DNA of 64,000 bases from an uncultured cyanobacterium (GCA_963718615.1 OY970368.1:832001-896000); one strand, 5' to 3'; shown: positions 1-8,687, numbered from the stretch's first letter. Notes: generated by a model from the sequence alone, not told the origin. Numbers and translations: made by a program.

Positions 1-2383
1 TATCCGCAGCCGTGGAGAATGAGAGGTTAGCTTGCAAGGTTGCAAACTGAGATTGCCCGAAGGAGAGCGCTCCTGTGGACTGGTTATAGGAGAATTGATT
101 GGTTGAGGTTGCACCAAATCCAGCTTTGTAAATCTCGATTTTGTCTCCTTCCCAGCGGTTGAAGTCATAGATAGTATCAATGCCTTCTGAGAGAGAACTG
201 AAGAAGAAGGTGTCAGCACCACCACCGCCCCAAATATGGTCATTACCTCTTACACCATTGAGATGGTTATTGGAATTGTTGCCTATTAATGTGTCGTTGC
301 CAAGGCTACCGACAAGGTTTTCGATGGAGATGAGAGATTCAACATACCAGCCATATACGTAAGCTTTGCCAGTAGTAAGATCGGCGTAAACGCCGGAGGC
401 ATCGTGGGTGTATTGGGCTGTATCATTGCCAGCACCGCCATCGATAATGGGGTCTACCCCATAGCCACCTTGGAGGAGGTCGTCACCGTCGCCGCCATAG
501 AGAGAATCTGAGCCAGCACCACCATAAAGCCTGTCGTTGCCATAGCCACCAGAGAGAATATCAATGTTGTCGTTGCCCTCCAAAATATCGTTTCCGACAT
601 TTCCTTCTAGAAAATCGTTACCATCGCCACCGATCAGTAAATCATTATCCCAACCGCCATCGAGGAAGTCGTTGTTGTCACCCCCGAAGAGCTTGTCATG
701 GCCGTAACCGCCATAGAGTTTGTCGTCGCCACTGTCGCCGTAAAGGACATCAGATTGATTATTACCGTGGAGTTCGTCGTTGCCGCTACCGCCATGGAGG
801 GTATCCTCGCCATCACCCCCATAGAGGGTGTCATTATCGTTGTTGCCCTCCAAAGTATCGTTGCCGACATTGCCGACTAAAGTATCGTTACCATCGCCAC
901 CGATAAGTAAATCATTATCCCAACCGCCATCGAGGAAGTCGTTGTTGTCACCCCCGAAGAGCTTGTCATGGCCGTAACCGCCATAGAGTTTGTCGTCGCC
1001 ACTGTCGCCGTAAAGGACATCAGATTGATTATTACCGTGGAGTTCGTCGTTGCCGCTACCGCCATGGAGGGTATCCTCGCCATCACCCCCATAGAGGGTG
1101 TCATTATCGTTGTTGCCCTCCAAAGTATCGTTGCCGACATTGCCGACTAAAGTATCGTTACCATCGCCACCGATAAGTAAATCATTATCCCAACCGCCAT
1201 CGAGGAAGTCGTTGTTGTCACCCCCGAAGAGCTTGTCATGGCCGTAACCGCCATAGAGTTTGTCGTCGCCACTGTCGCCGTAAAGGACATCAGATTGATT
1301 ATTACCGTGGAGTATGTCGTTGTTGCTACCGCCATAGAGGGTGTCCTCGCCATCACCCCCATAAAGGGTGTCCTCGCCGTAACTACCGTAGAGATGGTTG
1401 TCAGCAGAATTGCCATGAATGGTATCGTCACCAAAGCCTCCTTTGGCATTTTCGATGGTGACTCCGTAGGCAATTGCCAAATTATCCTTAGCCTCTCTCC
1501 ATCCGTTGTAAGAACCAATCGAACTAAAATTTCCAGCCCTTAAATCAATAACTGAGTTACGCCGCTGCTGCGAGGCATCAATTGTGTCGATACCACCGCC
1601 ATCCCAAATTGTTTCTAAGAAGGTTTCGTCCGTTTTGTAAGAGTAAACATTATTGCCAGCGTTATGCTTCCAATTTGCGCCATAGACTGCTTGAATAGCA
1701 GCAATATCATACAACATTAATGTTCGAGGTTGCACATCCAACATGTCTGGGTGACTGTTGTATGACATAATTGTATACTTGTTGCTATCTTGTTCCTGGG
1801 ATAAAGTTTTCCCATTTATTCCCCTATTCCACTTCACGCTCTTGTCATCATATTTTTCGTCTTCATTTCTTCCGATTGTGGTGTCATTAAATCCACCCAC
1901 CGCATGACCCAATTCGTGCAGTAGAGTACTGTACTCCCAACTTCCTTTCTCGAATTTCATGTCCTTTGGGTTTTCCCCTGATACGCCTCCTTGATCAATG
2001 AACAGAGATACTCCGGATGTAGAAGGCTTATGGGTTATGCCAAGCGTAAACGAGTCAGGATTTCCATCATTGTTTTTGTCTGTTGTAGGTAAATTAACAA
2101 ATCCTAGCTTTAGACTGCCACTACCATTTGTTTCTTCCACGAATGTAATGTTAGCGACATCTGAATAATGCTGTAGAGCTTGTCTCATGGCAGTTTTTTG
2201 CGCATCAGAAAATTGACGAAAGTCAGGGTATGCTTCCCAGTTATATGGCATCTTAAGAGACGTCATAAAGCTATAAGTGAGCGTTACCTTGTCCCCCATG
2301 CTGCCTAAATATCCAACCTGACCTCCATCATTCCAGTGACGCCCATCCTGATGTAATAAAGCTTGAATATAACTAACAACCAT
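1..2383 (-). CDS. M10/serralysin-like zinc metalloprotease with RTX (hemolysin-type Ca-binding) repeats; 3' end runs off the window
   Basis: Translated by hand from ATG 2383: MVVSYIQALLHQDGRHWN...TLTYSF...LLHELGHAVGGFND...TIMSY (Met-turn)...LYDIAAIQAVYGAN, then many GGxGxDxLx nonapeptides. Missing from the ORF track because there is no stop codon in the window. Confidence 0.9.
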   Translation of the reverse strand, partial: MVVSYIQALLHQDGRHWNDGGQVGYLGSMGDKVTLTYSFMTSLKMPYNWEAYPDFRQFSDAQKTAMRQALQHYSDVANITFVEETNGSGSLKLGFVNLPTTDKNNDGNPDSFTLGITHKPSTSGVSLFIDQGGVSGENPKDMKFEKGSWEYSTLLHELGHAVGGFNDTTIGRNEDEKYDDKSVKWNRGINGKTLSQEQDSNKYTIMSYNSHPDMLDVQPRTLMLYDIAAIQAVYGANWKHNAGNNVYSYKTDETFLETIWDGGGIDTIDASQQRRNSVIDLRAGNFSSIGSYNGWREAKDNLAIAYGVTIENAKGGFGDDTIHGNSADNHLYGSYGEDTLYGGDGEDTLYGGSNNDILHGNNQSDVLYGDSGDDKLYGGYGHDKLFGGDNNDFLDGGWDNDLLIGGDGNDTLVGNVGNDTLEGNNDNDTLYGGDGEDTLHGGSGNDELHGNNQSDVLYGDSGDDKLYGGYGHDKLFGGDNNDFLDGGWDNDLLIGGDGNDTLVGNVGNDTLEGNNDNDTLYGGDGEDTLHGGSGNDELHGNNQSDVLYGDSGDDKLYGGYGHDKLFGGDNNDFLDGGWDNDLLIGGDGNDFLEGNVGNDILEGNDNIDILSGGYGNDRLYGGAGSDSLYGGDGDDLLQGGYGVDPIIDGGAGNDTAQYTHDASGVYADLTTGKAYVYGWYVESLISIENLVGSLGNDTLIGNNSNNHLNGVRGNDHIWGGGGADTFFFSSLSEGIDTIYDFNRWEGDKIEIYKAGFGATSTNQFSYNQSTGALSFGQSQFATLQANLSFSTAAD
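614..1370. repeat. 270-bp tandem repeat (about 2.8 copies) within the RTX region
   Basis: 'atcgttaccatcgccaccgat' recurs at 614, 884 and 1154. Near-identical shadow ORFs start at 698, 968 and 1238. Confidence 0.95.
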
Positions 2384-3044
2384 TGCTTTTTCCTAACTCA
2401 AAAACTAAATGGTGAACACAAAAGTGATGTCATACCGAACCAACTCCGCATGAAAAATCTCATGCTTGCATCGGTCAATCTCACTTCCTCACCTAAAGTA
2501 GCTGCTTAAAAATACGTACAAAAAGCTTTTTGTAAAAAAAAAACTCACTTCACGCAGCGATATTTTTAAAATAAATTGTCCGAAAACTAGACTTAAATTT
2601 CTGTATTTTTATCTCTTGACTTTTATCTTCAAACATTAAATTAAATAGCCCGCACATCTAGTCATCAAACAGTCCCAGAAATAGTTTTTCAACCCAGAAG
2701 AAGATCGCATGTTTTATAGCTGAATCCACCCGTCATAGACTTGGTCGCATTGTGATGATTGCAGATAGCCTCAACATCAGAATATCCAGCCATCACACGA
2801 AATCCCATAGATCGAGACCCCAGAAAAAACCATGCTAAAGCAACCCCATCTCTCAAAATTTCGGAAAAACTCAAAGCAAAAACAATTACTTGACCTATTG
2901 ATGAAAAATCATCCCTCTCATTGCGGCTCAAGAGATTTAAGATTAAATTCTGAAAGGCCAACATTAACAACAAAATTTTCTCAATGCTAGCAGCCACACA
3001 CTCTAGCACCCCACCATCCTATTGATATTGCTAGCCAAAACACC

Positions 3045-3333
3045 ATGAAAAACCATATCCCCATCGCCCTCAGCCTCAACATCGCCACCGCCCCAGGCAC
3101 CACCCAAACCATCAACACCAAACTCAAAAACTGCATCACAGAACAGAACCCTACGCACTTATGGCCGAGCGATTGCCTTGAACGGCTACGATGATGGTTA
3201 TAGCTTTGGTCGCAAACCCACCAACCTCACCGACCAACAAATGGAAGAAGCCGGACTGCGCTGGTATTGGGGCTATCAATTCTGGGTTGGCTCCCAGCCC
3301 GAAGTCAAAATAATTGAGAACGCTCAATTGTGA
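3045..3333 (+). pseudogene. Frameshifted hypothetical gene remnant
   Basis: ATG 3045 gives MKNHIPIALSL..., which stops early. Protein-like sequence continues in another frame (YGRAIALNGYDDGYSFG...ENAQL*). Confidence 0.3.
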
Positions 3334-3504
3334 CCATCACGCCATCCAATCCTTACATAGATCGGTTTAGCCCAAAATTCTCGATGATTCCCAAAAAACC
3401 TTCGCAAAAAACCGAAACCGCGATCGCCCGCAGTCAGGGAAGGTTTTAATGTCGATCGCCACCTCCCACCCCAAAAAAACGAACTCCGCACCCTCCTCCA
3501 AATC

Positions 3505-3600
3505 GTTGAGCTGCTGGGCGATCGCGCCAAAAACGATGGGGATGAGACATTGCGGGATTGGGCCAAGAAGAAGTTGGAGGGAATGGAGAGTAGGAAGTAG
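3505..3600 (+). pseudogene. HEAT-repeat gene 3'-end remnant A
   Basis: VELLGDRAKNDGDETLRDWAKKKLEGMESRK*. Bases 3535-3573 are identical to 4433-4471. Confidence 0.8.
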
Positions 3601-3618
3601 GGAATACGAACTCTACTC

Positions 3619-3744
3619 CTAGGGTTTTAGGGTCCAATCCTCTAAGGTATTGTTTTTACCCACTTGCTCAAGTCGTGCCCTAACATAGGGGTGACCCCGC
3701 TGAATCAATGTGACATGATCCGTATCCAAAATGTATCGCGTCAC
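3619..3744 (-). pseudogene. Internally deleted VapC/PIN toxin
   Basis: The GTG start overlaps the upstream stop (GTGA). MTRYILDTDHVTLIQRGHP...LEDWTLKP* joins a PIN N-terminal motif to a PIN-like C-terminus in only 41 aa. Confidence 0.7.
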
Positions 3745-4103
3745 GCCGACTGCCGCTCCTCAAGCTCGGCATCATGTTGAGCAATTCTCAGATCCGTCCC
3801 CTGTCTATTTCGAGCGATCGCCTCCAAAAACTCATCAAACATTGGATCATCCTTAAAAATCCCTGCAAATTTCACTAAGGGATTAGCCTCAACCTTAGCT
3901 GATGATAGATTCTGAGATTGCGACCCAGCTTTTAGATAATCCTCAATCACCTCCGCCTCTTCTTGCTGCTCAAGCTGCTCCATCAGTGCTTGTAACAGTT
4001 GCAGTAAAACCAACCAAACCTCCCATGACAAGAGCACATCAGTCCTGTGGCCCTCCGCATCGGTCAAGAACCTTGCGCCCAAAAGTACCTCAGATACGAC
4101 CAT
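3741..4103 (-). CDS. Putative antitoxin
   Basis: 120 aa. The C-terminal NPLVKFAGIFKDDPMFDEFLEAIARNR resembles cyanobacterial antitoxins found upstream of PIN toxins. Translationally coupled to the PIN remnant. Confidence 0.6.
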   Translation of the reverse strand: MVVSEVLLGARFLTDAEGHRTDVLLSWEVWLVLLQLLQALMEQLEQQEEAEVIEDYLKAGSQSQNLSSAKVEANPLVKFAGIFKDDPMFDEFLEAIARNRQGTDLRIAQHDAELEERQSA

Positions 4104-4240
4104 AGGTCCTCCCCTCAGTTAGTCCAAAGGCAAATACAAAAAACGCCCCATTTAGTTATCGTACTCCACTCATCCAGCAGCGGCAATTGATTGATTCTGT
4201 GGTGATACGGCAGGTAATTGCCACCCCACTACCAAGAGAG

Positions 4241-4492
4241 GAGGCGATCGCCGAAGGCTGGAAGAAAGACCCCGACATCATTCAGTTGCTATTGCAAATT
4301 GCAGTCCAAGATCCCTTTAATCGGGAAAAAGAACAGCAGGATAACCCCCGCCAAATCTCCCTCCAAGCCCTGCTCAGCCAAGCCCCCACCGATCCACGAG
4401 TGATTGAGCTGCTGCGCGATCGGGCTGAGAATGATGGGGATGAGACATTGCGGGATTGGGCCAAGAAGAAGCTGAAAGCGAAGGGAGAATAG
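4241..4492 (+). pseudogene. HEAT-repeat gene 3'-end remnant B
   Basis: EAIAEGWKKDPDIIQLLLQIAVQDPF...DNPRQISLQAL...DETLRDWAKKKL*. Homologous to 8430-8687 and 3505-3600. Confidence 0.8.
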
Positions 4493-4574
4493 GGTGGCTA
4501 CGATACCCCATCTACCCCAACAGCCCCCGAGTCTCAAGCTAAACTAGATACATCACCAAACCCCACCCTCAACC

Positions 4575-4892
4575 ATGATCATTAACACCAAAGAACGCCT
4601 TCTCCAGGCGATCGAAACCACCCCCGAACCCATCCTGGCCCTCATCCTAGCCATCCTAGAATTCCTACGCAAACCCACAAACCTCCCCCACATAGAAACC
4701 CTAACCACCCTCATCGCCCCTCCTCCAAACAGTCCAACCGAGATTGGTGCAGAGCCCATCCTCCGAAACTCAAAAGCAAAAGACCTCCTCAAAGCAGCCA
4801 GCACTTGGCAAGGCGACGACTTTGAAGAATGCCTAGACCTGGTATATCAAACACGCTCCCGAAATTATGGGATTGGGCTGAAAAAAGACTGA
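4575..4892 (+). CDS. Putative antitoxin (DUF2281-like); 3' end runs into HEAT remnant C
   Basis: TKERLLQAIETTPE...STWQGDDFEECLDLVYQTRS is an antitoxin-like pattern. No toxin gene follows. Confidence 0.55.
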   Translation: MIINTKERLLQAIETTPEPILALILAILEFLRKPTNLPHIETLTTLIAPPPNSPTEIGAEPILRNSKAKDLLKAASTWQGDDFEECLDLVYQTRSRNYGIGLKKD

Positions 4893-4909
4893 ATGAATTA
4901 GAGGAATAG
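4859..4909 (+). pseudogene. HEAT-repeat gene 3'-end remnant C
   Basis: PKLWDWAEKRLNELEE* corresponds to TLRDWAKKKL...* in remnants A and B. Confidence 0.55.
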
Positions 4910-4988
4910 AGGACAATAATCGATCAGCAAGAAGAGAGCGTTTGTCTCTGCGATCGACTTCACCAAGCGATCCACAACTGAACTCTAT

Positions 4989-5423
4989 CTATTCTGACTC
5001 CGCAGGCGGATGATACCCCATCACAGCAAGAACTCGACGCATATTCACAACACCCTCACGATTGGTTTGGAGCCGCTCGATCGTGGCTCGTCCGATCGGT
5101 GTCAATCCCAGCATCTCCGTGGCATCAGGCGTCCAAGTGAAGTGATCGCGCCACCGCATTTCCCTAGGATTAAACAAGGAAACCACCTGTCCAGTAATCG
5201 AATCTAGGGCCGTAACTTTTGTGTATTTACAATTATTACAAGTTTGACAAGCAAGAGCTAGATTTTCTGCGATCGTCTCTCCACCCCGGCTAACCGGATA
5301 AATGTGTTCCATCACTAACGGGTCAACAGCAAATTTTGCTTGGCTCCGACAATATTCGCAGTTTCCTTGGGCACGATCGAAAACAAACTGCTTGAGGGCG
5401 ACAGGGACATACTCACTAGGCAT
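4989..5423 (-). CDS. HNH endonuclease
   Basis: CEYC...EHIYPVSRGG...NLALACQTCNNCK motif. Confidence 0.9.
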   Translation of the reverse strand: MPSEYVPVALKQFVFDRAQGNCEYCRSQAKFAVDPLVMEHIYPVSRGGETIAENLALACQTCNNCKYTKVTALDSITGQVVSLFNPREMRWRDHFTWTPDATEMLGLTPIGRATIERLQTNREGVVNMRRVLAVMGYHPPAESE

Positions 5424-5790
5424 AGGTAACGCAGGGGATACCTAAGCTTTCCATCAAATCGAGCAGAGACATCTGCCGGAGCTGAGCCAATTTTGCCAAA
5501 GATTCAAGACGTTGAGCACCTAAATTCTCAATCATTTTACTGAGGTGAACAAGAACTTCATATTCATTTTCAGTCAGCGTCTCGGCCTCCCGTTTCTCCC
5601 TCAGAACTTGATACTGGGCCATGAGTTCAGGAGCAATACCTTGATTAATCTCCTGAAGCAGCACAGCCTCTTCATCAGGGATTACAGGAGCCTTACGGCG
5701 CGCGCGCAAAGTGACGATCTGATGAAGAAGTCGTTCCAGATCTGTTTCATTGAGTTGATTAGCGGCCAGAATGAGTTCATCAATGCTCAT
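5416..5790 (-). CDS. Small helical partner of the HNH gene (probable antitoxin)
   Basis: MSIDELILAANQLNETDLE...RLESLAKLAQLRQMSL. Overlaps the HNH start by 8 bp, a TA-like layout. Confidence 0.65.
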   Translation of the reverse strand: MSIDELILAANQLNETDLERLLHQIVTLRARRKAPVIPDEEAVLLQEINQGIAPELMAQYQVLREKREAETLTENEYEVLVHLSKMIENLGAQRLESLAKLAQLRQMSLLDLMESLGIPCVTYA

Positions 5791-5833
5791 AGGGCTTCGC
5801 GAGTAATAGAATCCCCTCAATTGTAGCGCAGGG

Positions 5834-5893
5834 GATATGCGCAGTGCGGCCTTGGGCGATCGTCCAAGGCTGGAAAGACGACCTCGATACTCT
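5834..5893 (+). pseudogene. HEAT-repeat gene remnant D
   Basis: 'tgcgcagtgcggc...gcgatcgtccaaggctggaaagacgacctcgat' aligns with about 8479-8531 but is frameshifted. Confidence 0.6.
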
Positions 5894-5979
5894 TTATCCT
5901 AGCCAAGCGCCTCAGAAAGAACCAAACCGCCCCCAGCCCACAAACTAAACGAGAAATACAACCTATCCCCACCCAGCCC

Positions 5980-6258
5980 ATGACCCTTAGCCTCCTCCCC
6001 GACCTCGAACAGCGCCTAACCCAAGCCGCAGAATTCCAGAAACTCTCCATTATTGAATACACCCTACGGCTATTCGATCGCTACCTCCCACCCAAAAGCC
6101 CAAAAACCGAACTCCTCGCCCTCCTTCAATCCTGGATCGATGAAGACGACGAAGGCGAACAACAAGAAACCGGCACAGAACTGATCCAATCCCTAGACAA
6201 ACACCGCCTATCCAGCCGCCCCCTCTTCCCCCCAGACCTCAAAGAAATCTCCTGGTGA
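5980..6258 (+). CDS. Putative antitoxin
   Basis: LLQSWIDEDDEGEQQETGTELIQSLDKHRLSSRPLFPPDLKEISW. The stop overlaps the GTG of the downstream PIN remnant. Confidence 0.7.
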   Translation: MTLSLLPDLEQRLTQAAEFQKLSIIEYTLRLFDRYLPPKSPKTELLALLQSWIDEDDEGEQQETGTELIQSLDKHRLSSRPLFPPDLKEISW

Positions 6259-6335
6259 GTGTTGTGATTGCGACTACCAATGTGAGCCATCTCTCTCGGT
6301 TCATGCCTGCTGCCTTATGGCAAGAAATCAGCTAA
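6255..6335 (+). pseudogene. PIN toxin remnant (start joined to C-terminal tip)
   Basis: MSVVIATTNVSHLSRFMPAALWQEIS* matches the C-terminus typical of cyanobacterial PIN nucleases. Confidence 0.65.
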
Positions 6336-6347
6336 AGTACGGGTCCA

Positions 6348-6377
6348 CCAAGCCCTCACCGATCCACAAATGTTGAG
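6348..6377 (+). repeat. HEAT-repeat gene remnant E
   Basis: 19 bp 'ccaagccctcaccgatcca' is identical to 8633-8651 and near-identical to the match around 4379. Confidence 0.55.
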
Positions 6378-6482
6378 GGTGGACTTTGGCTAACCCTTTT
6401 GTTTGAGTGCTGCTTGATGTGGGAAAATGCTCATTGAAGCTTTGGAAGCCGTGGTTGCGAAGAAGGTGAGTGTGGCGATCGC

Positions 6483-6950
6483 TCACTCTTCCAGTTTTTC
6501 CAGCAGCTTGTTCGGCCTGGCAACTTTAAGATTTTCATAGAGGTCAGGATGCTTGAGAAGCATGTAGTGTTCATACTCAAACCAATGTCTTTCCCCCTTC
6601 TCTTCGTTGCATGCTCGACAAATGACCCATAGATTTGAAAAGGCGAGAGAAAGCCATGGGTACTGGGAGCGTGGTAACTTATGATCAATAGTTCGATAGT
6701 GATCGGGAGGCCCGAATTTCTGCTCACATACCGGACAATGATAGTCCGAATGTTCCTCTACCCATGCCTGACTCTCCAGCGTACTACCGCACTCACCATC
6801 GCCGTTGTTGTATCTCCAGTAATCATATTCCCTATAGTTTTCAAAATCTTCAGGCGTCAGCTTATGGTATTGTTTCTTGCCAATTTTGTTGGCAAGCTTG
6901 AACAGTTCATCTAGGCTAAGTTCTTGCCACAGTTGATCTTCTTTCTGCAT
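6483..6950 (-). CDS. HNH endonuclease
   Basis: CPVC...TIDHKLPRSQYP...NLWVICRACNEEK motif. Confidence 0.85.
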   Translation of the reverse strand: MQKEDQLWQELSLDELFKLANKIGKKQYHKLTPEDFENYREYDYWRYNNGDGECGSTLESQAWVEEHSDYHCPVCEQKFGPPDHYRTIDHKLPRSQYPWLSLAFSNLWVICRACNEEKGERHWFEYEHYMLLKHPDLYENLKVARPNKLLEKLEE

Positions 6951-6996
6951 GGGGATAAATATTTAAATTAATGACAGGGCACATTCAGAATTGAAC

Positions 6997-7392
6997 TCAG
7001 CGTCTTGAGCGACTCTTTCTAAAGTCAATTACTTCTATTTCTGTATCGGGAAACTGCTGGTCAACGATATCCGACATTTCGACCGAAACTGCGGCCATCT
7101 CTTTCCTAAAATCGGCTCTTTCTTCAGAGCTTTGATACTTGTTTCCGATTCGATCTGCCTCTAAAAATAGTGATTCAAGACTGGGAAGTTGCTCATTTAA
7201 CTGCTCTTCAATTAATTCGATTTTCTCGTAAATCTTAATGACATTTTCCCATCCAACATTGCGACATCCCTCTTGTTTGAGTTGCTGTTGATGCTTTTGA
7301 GGAAGTGAACCTCGACTCCTTGTGTTGTGACTTTGAAGCTCTCGGTAAGTCATCCCTTGAAAAGTTTGGGCTGTTCTTTTCTTCACTTTCAT
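6997..7392 (-). CDS. Hypothetical protein (131 aa)
   Basis: Clean ATG ORF, co-oriented and 46 bp upstream of the HNH gene. Confidence 0.7.
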   Translation of the reverse strand: MKVKKRTAQTFQGMTYRELQSHNTRSRGSLPQKHQQQLKQEGCRNVGWENVIKIYEKIELIEEQLNEQLPSLESLFLEADRIGNKYQSSEERADFRKEMAAVSVEMSDIVDQQFPDTEIEVIDFRKSRSRR

Positions 7393-7528
7393 TTTTTGCT
7401 GTTTTTCTATGGGTCTAGCTATCTTTTTGATGTATAAATGTGGTTCGGACTTCTAGTCCGAAATGAACGAGATGCCCATCTCACAAATCAACTAGGGTCT
7501 CTACGGCATGGTCTTGGTTACTCTTGGC

Positions 7529-8074
7529 TTACTCTTGAGTCCAACGAAAGATTCTCGCTGCTGCCTTGCGAAGTTCGCTGTCTTCGTATTTCATTAATTG
7601 TTTTAGATCTAGTGCGAGTCTCAGCTTGAGTTTGTCAACGAGGTTTTTGAGTGCCTTATTGTCTTTCTGAAGTTCAGCATTAGCCTCACTCAGGTTCTGA
7701 TTGCTTGATTCTAAGGTTTGCAGCGTTCCAATGAGCTGTTGGTTTCTCGTTTCGAGGGCTTGAAGCCTAGCTTGGAGCTCTCGCGGCTCTTTATCTAAGC
7801 CGTCTTGAATCGACTGCTGTAAAGCTTGGTTCTCTGCCTGAATTTTTGCCAGTTTTTTCTCGGCTTGGCTACGCTGGGTGCCGTATCGGCTGTTGTTTCT
7901 GCCGAGTTCTCTGTTTTTGCTAGAGAAAGAGGCGACGAGGCTCAGAACGCTAGGTTCATTCTGGAGAATCAATAAAAGATTCGCACATTCTTCTTGGGAA
8001 AGAGCTGCCGTGATATTTTTGTTGATGCCATATTCCTCGCTTAGCTTGTCTTGAAGCCGTTTTTTAGTGCCCAT
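7529..8074 (-). CDS. Coiled-coil hypothetical protein (181 aa)
   Basis: Long heptad L/Q/E/N-rich C-terminal half. First gene of a three-gene run. Confidence 0.75.
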   Translation of the reverse strand: MGTKKRLQDKLSEEYGINKNITAALSQEECANLLLILQNEPSVLSLVASFSSKNRELGRNNSRYGTQRSQAEKKLAKIQAENQALQQSIQDGLDKEPRELQARLQALETRNQQLIGTLQTLESSNQNLSEANAELQKDNKALKNLVDKLKLRLALDLKQLMKYEDSELRKAAARIFRWTQE

Positions 8075-8429
8075 GGGTAGATGCTCGGTTCGATAAAGAT
8101 AAAAAAATCAGACGCATATTGGGAAACTTGTCATCGATTGGTGAGATAGCCTTTCGTCCTGGCCAAGGCTTCCAGAGGAGCGAGAGTCTGAGTATATCGC
8201 AAGACTCATAGCCTAAAGATGCTTGAAATGCTTATTGGGAAAAGGCTGCAGGCTTTTTGATTCGTTTGTTAATGATGTAACATACCGCATCCCTACATGG
8301 CTCTCTTTTATACTGTCACTTGTTGATGATCATTACAAACTCTGTGGAGTCGCATCCGTAAATATCAACAAGATATTTTATTTTGACCGCAGAAACCCTC
8401 AAACCAGCAGCTTTAATGCTCATCCCCAT

Positions 8430-8687
8430 CCCCTCTCCTGGCTCAAAGAACACGTTCAACAAGACGACGATTGGCAGGTGCGCAGTGCGGCGGGGGAGAC
8501 GATCGTCGAACGCTGGAAGGACGACTCCGATGTCATTAAGTTGCTCTTGCAAGTCAGCAGGCAAGATCCTTTTGAACGGGAGAATCATTGGCAAGACAAC
8601 CCCCGCCAAATTGCCCTTAAAGCCCTGCTCCGCCAAGCCCTCACCGATCCAGGAGTTATTGAGCTGGTGCGCGATCGATCTGGGTAG
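8430..8687 (+). pseudogene. HEAT-repeat gene 3'-end remnant F
   Basis: LSWLKEHVQQDDDWQVRSAAGETIVERWKDDSDVIKLL...DNPRQIALKAL...VIELVRDR. Confidence 0.8.

Noticed and set aside
614-1370. Possible CRISPR array
   Set aside because: The units are contiguous 270-bp coding repeats with no unique spacers, and no cas genes are present.
180-1543. Short ORFs listed on both strands over the RTX region
   Set aside because: They are shadow frames of the long minus-strand protease, which the ORF track missed because it has no stop in the window.
2689-3009. 106-aa minus-strand ORF
   Set aside because: GTG start and no motif; it likely arises from the C/A-rich strand bias.
8223-8430. N-terminal half of the 154-aa ORF as a real gene
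   Set aside because: Only the part from about 8430 resembles HEAT repeats. The front looks like chance read-through from a TTG.
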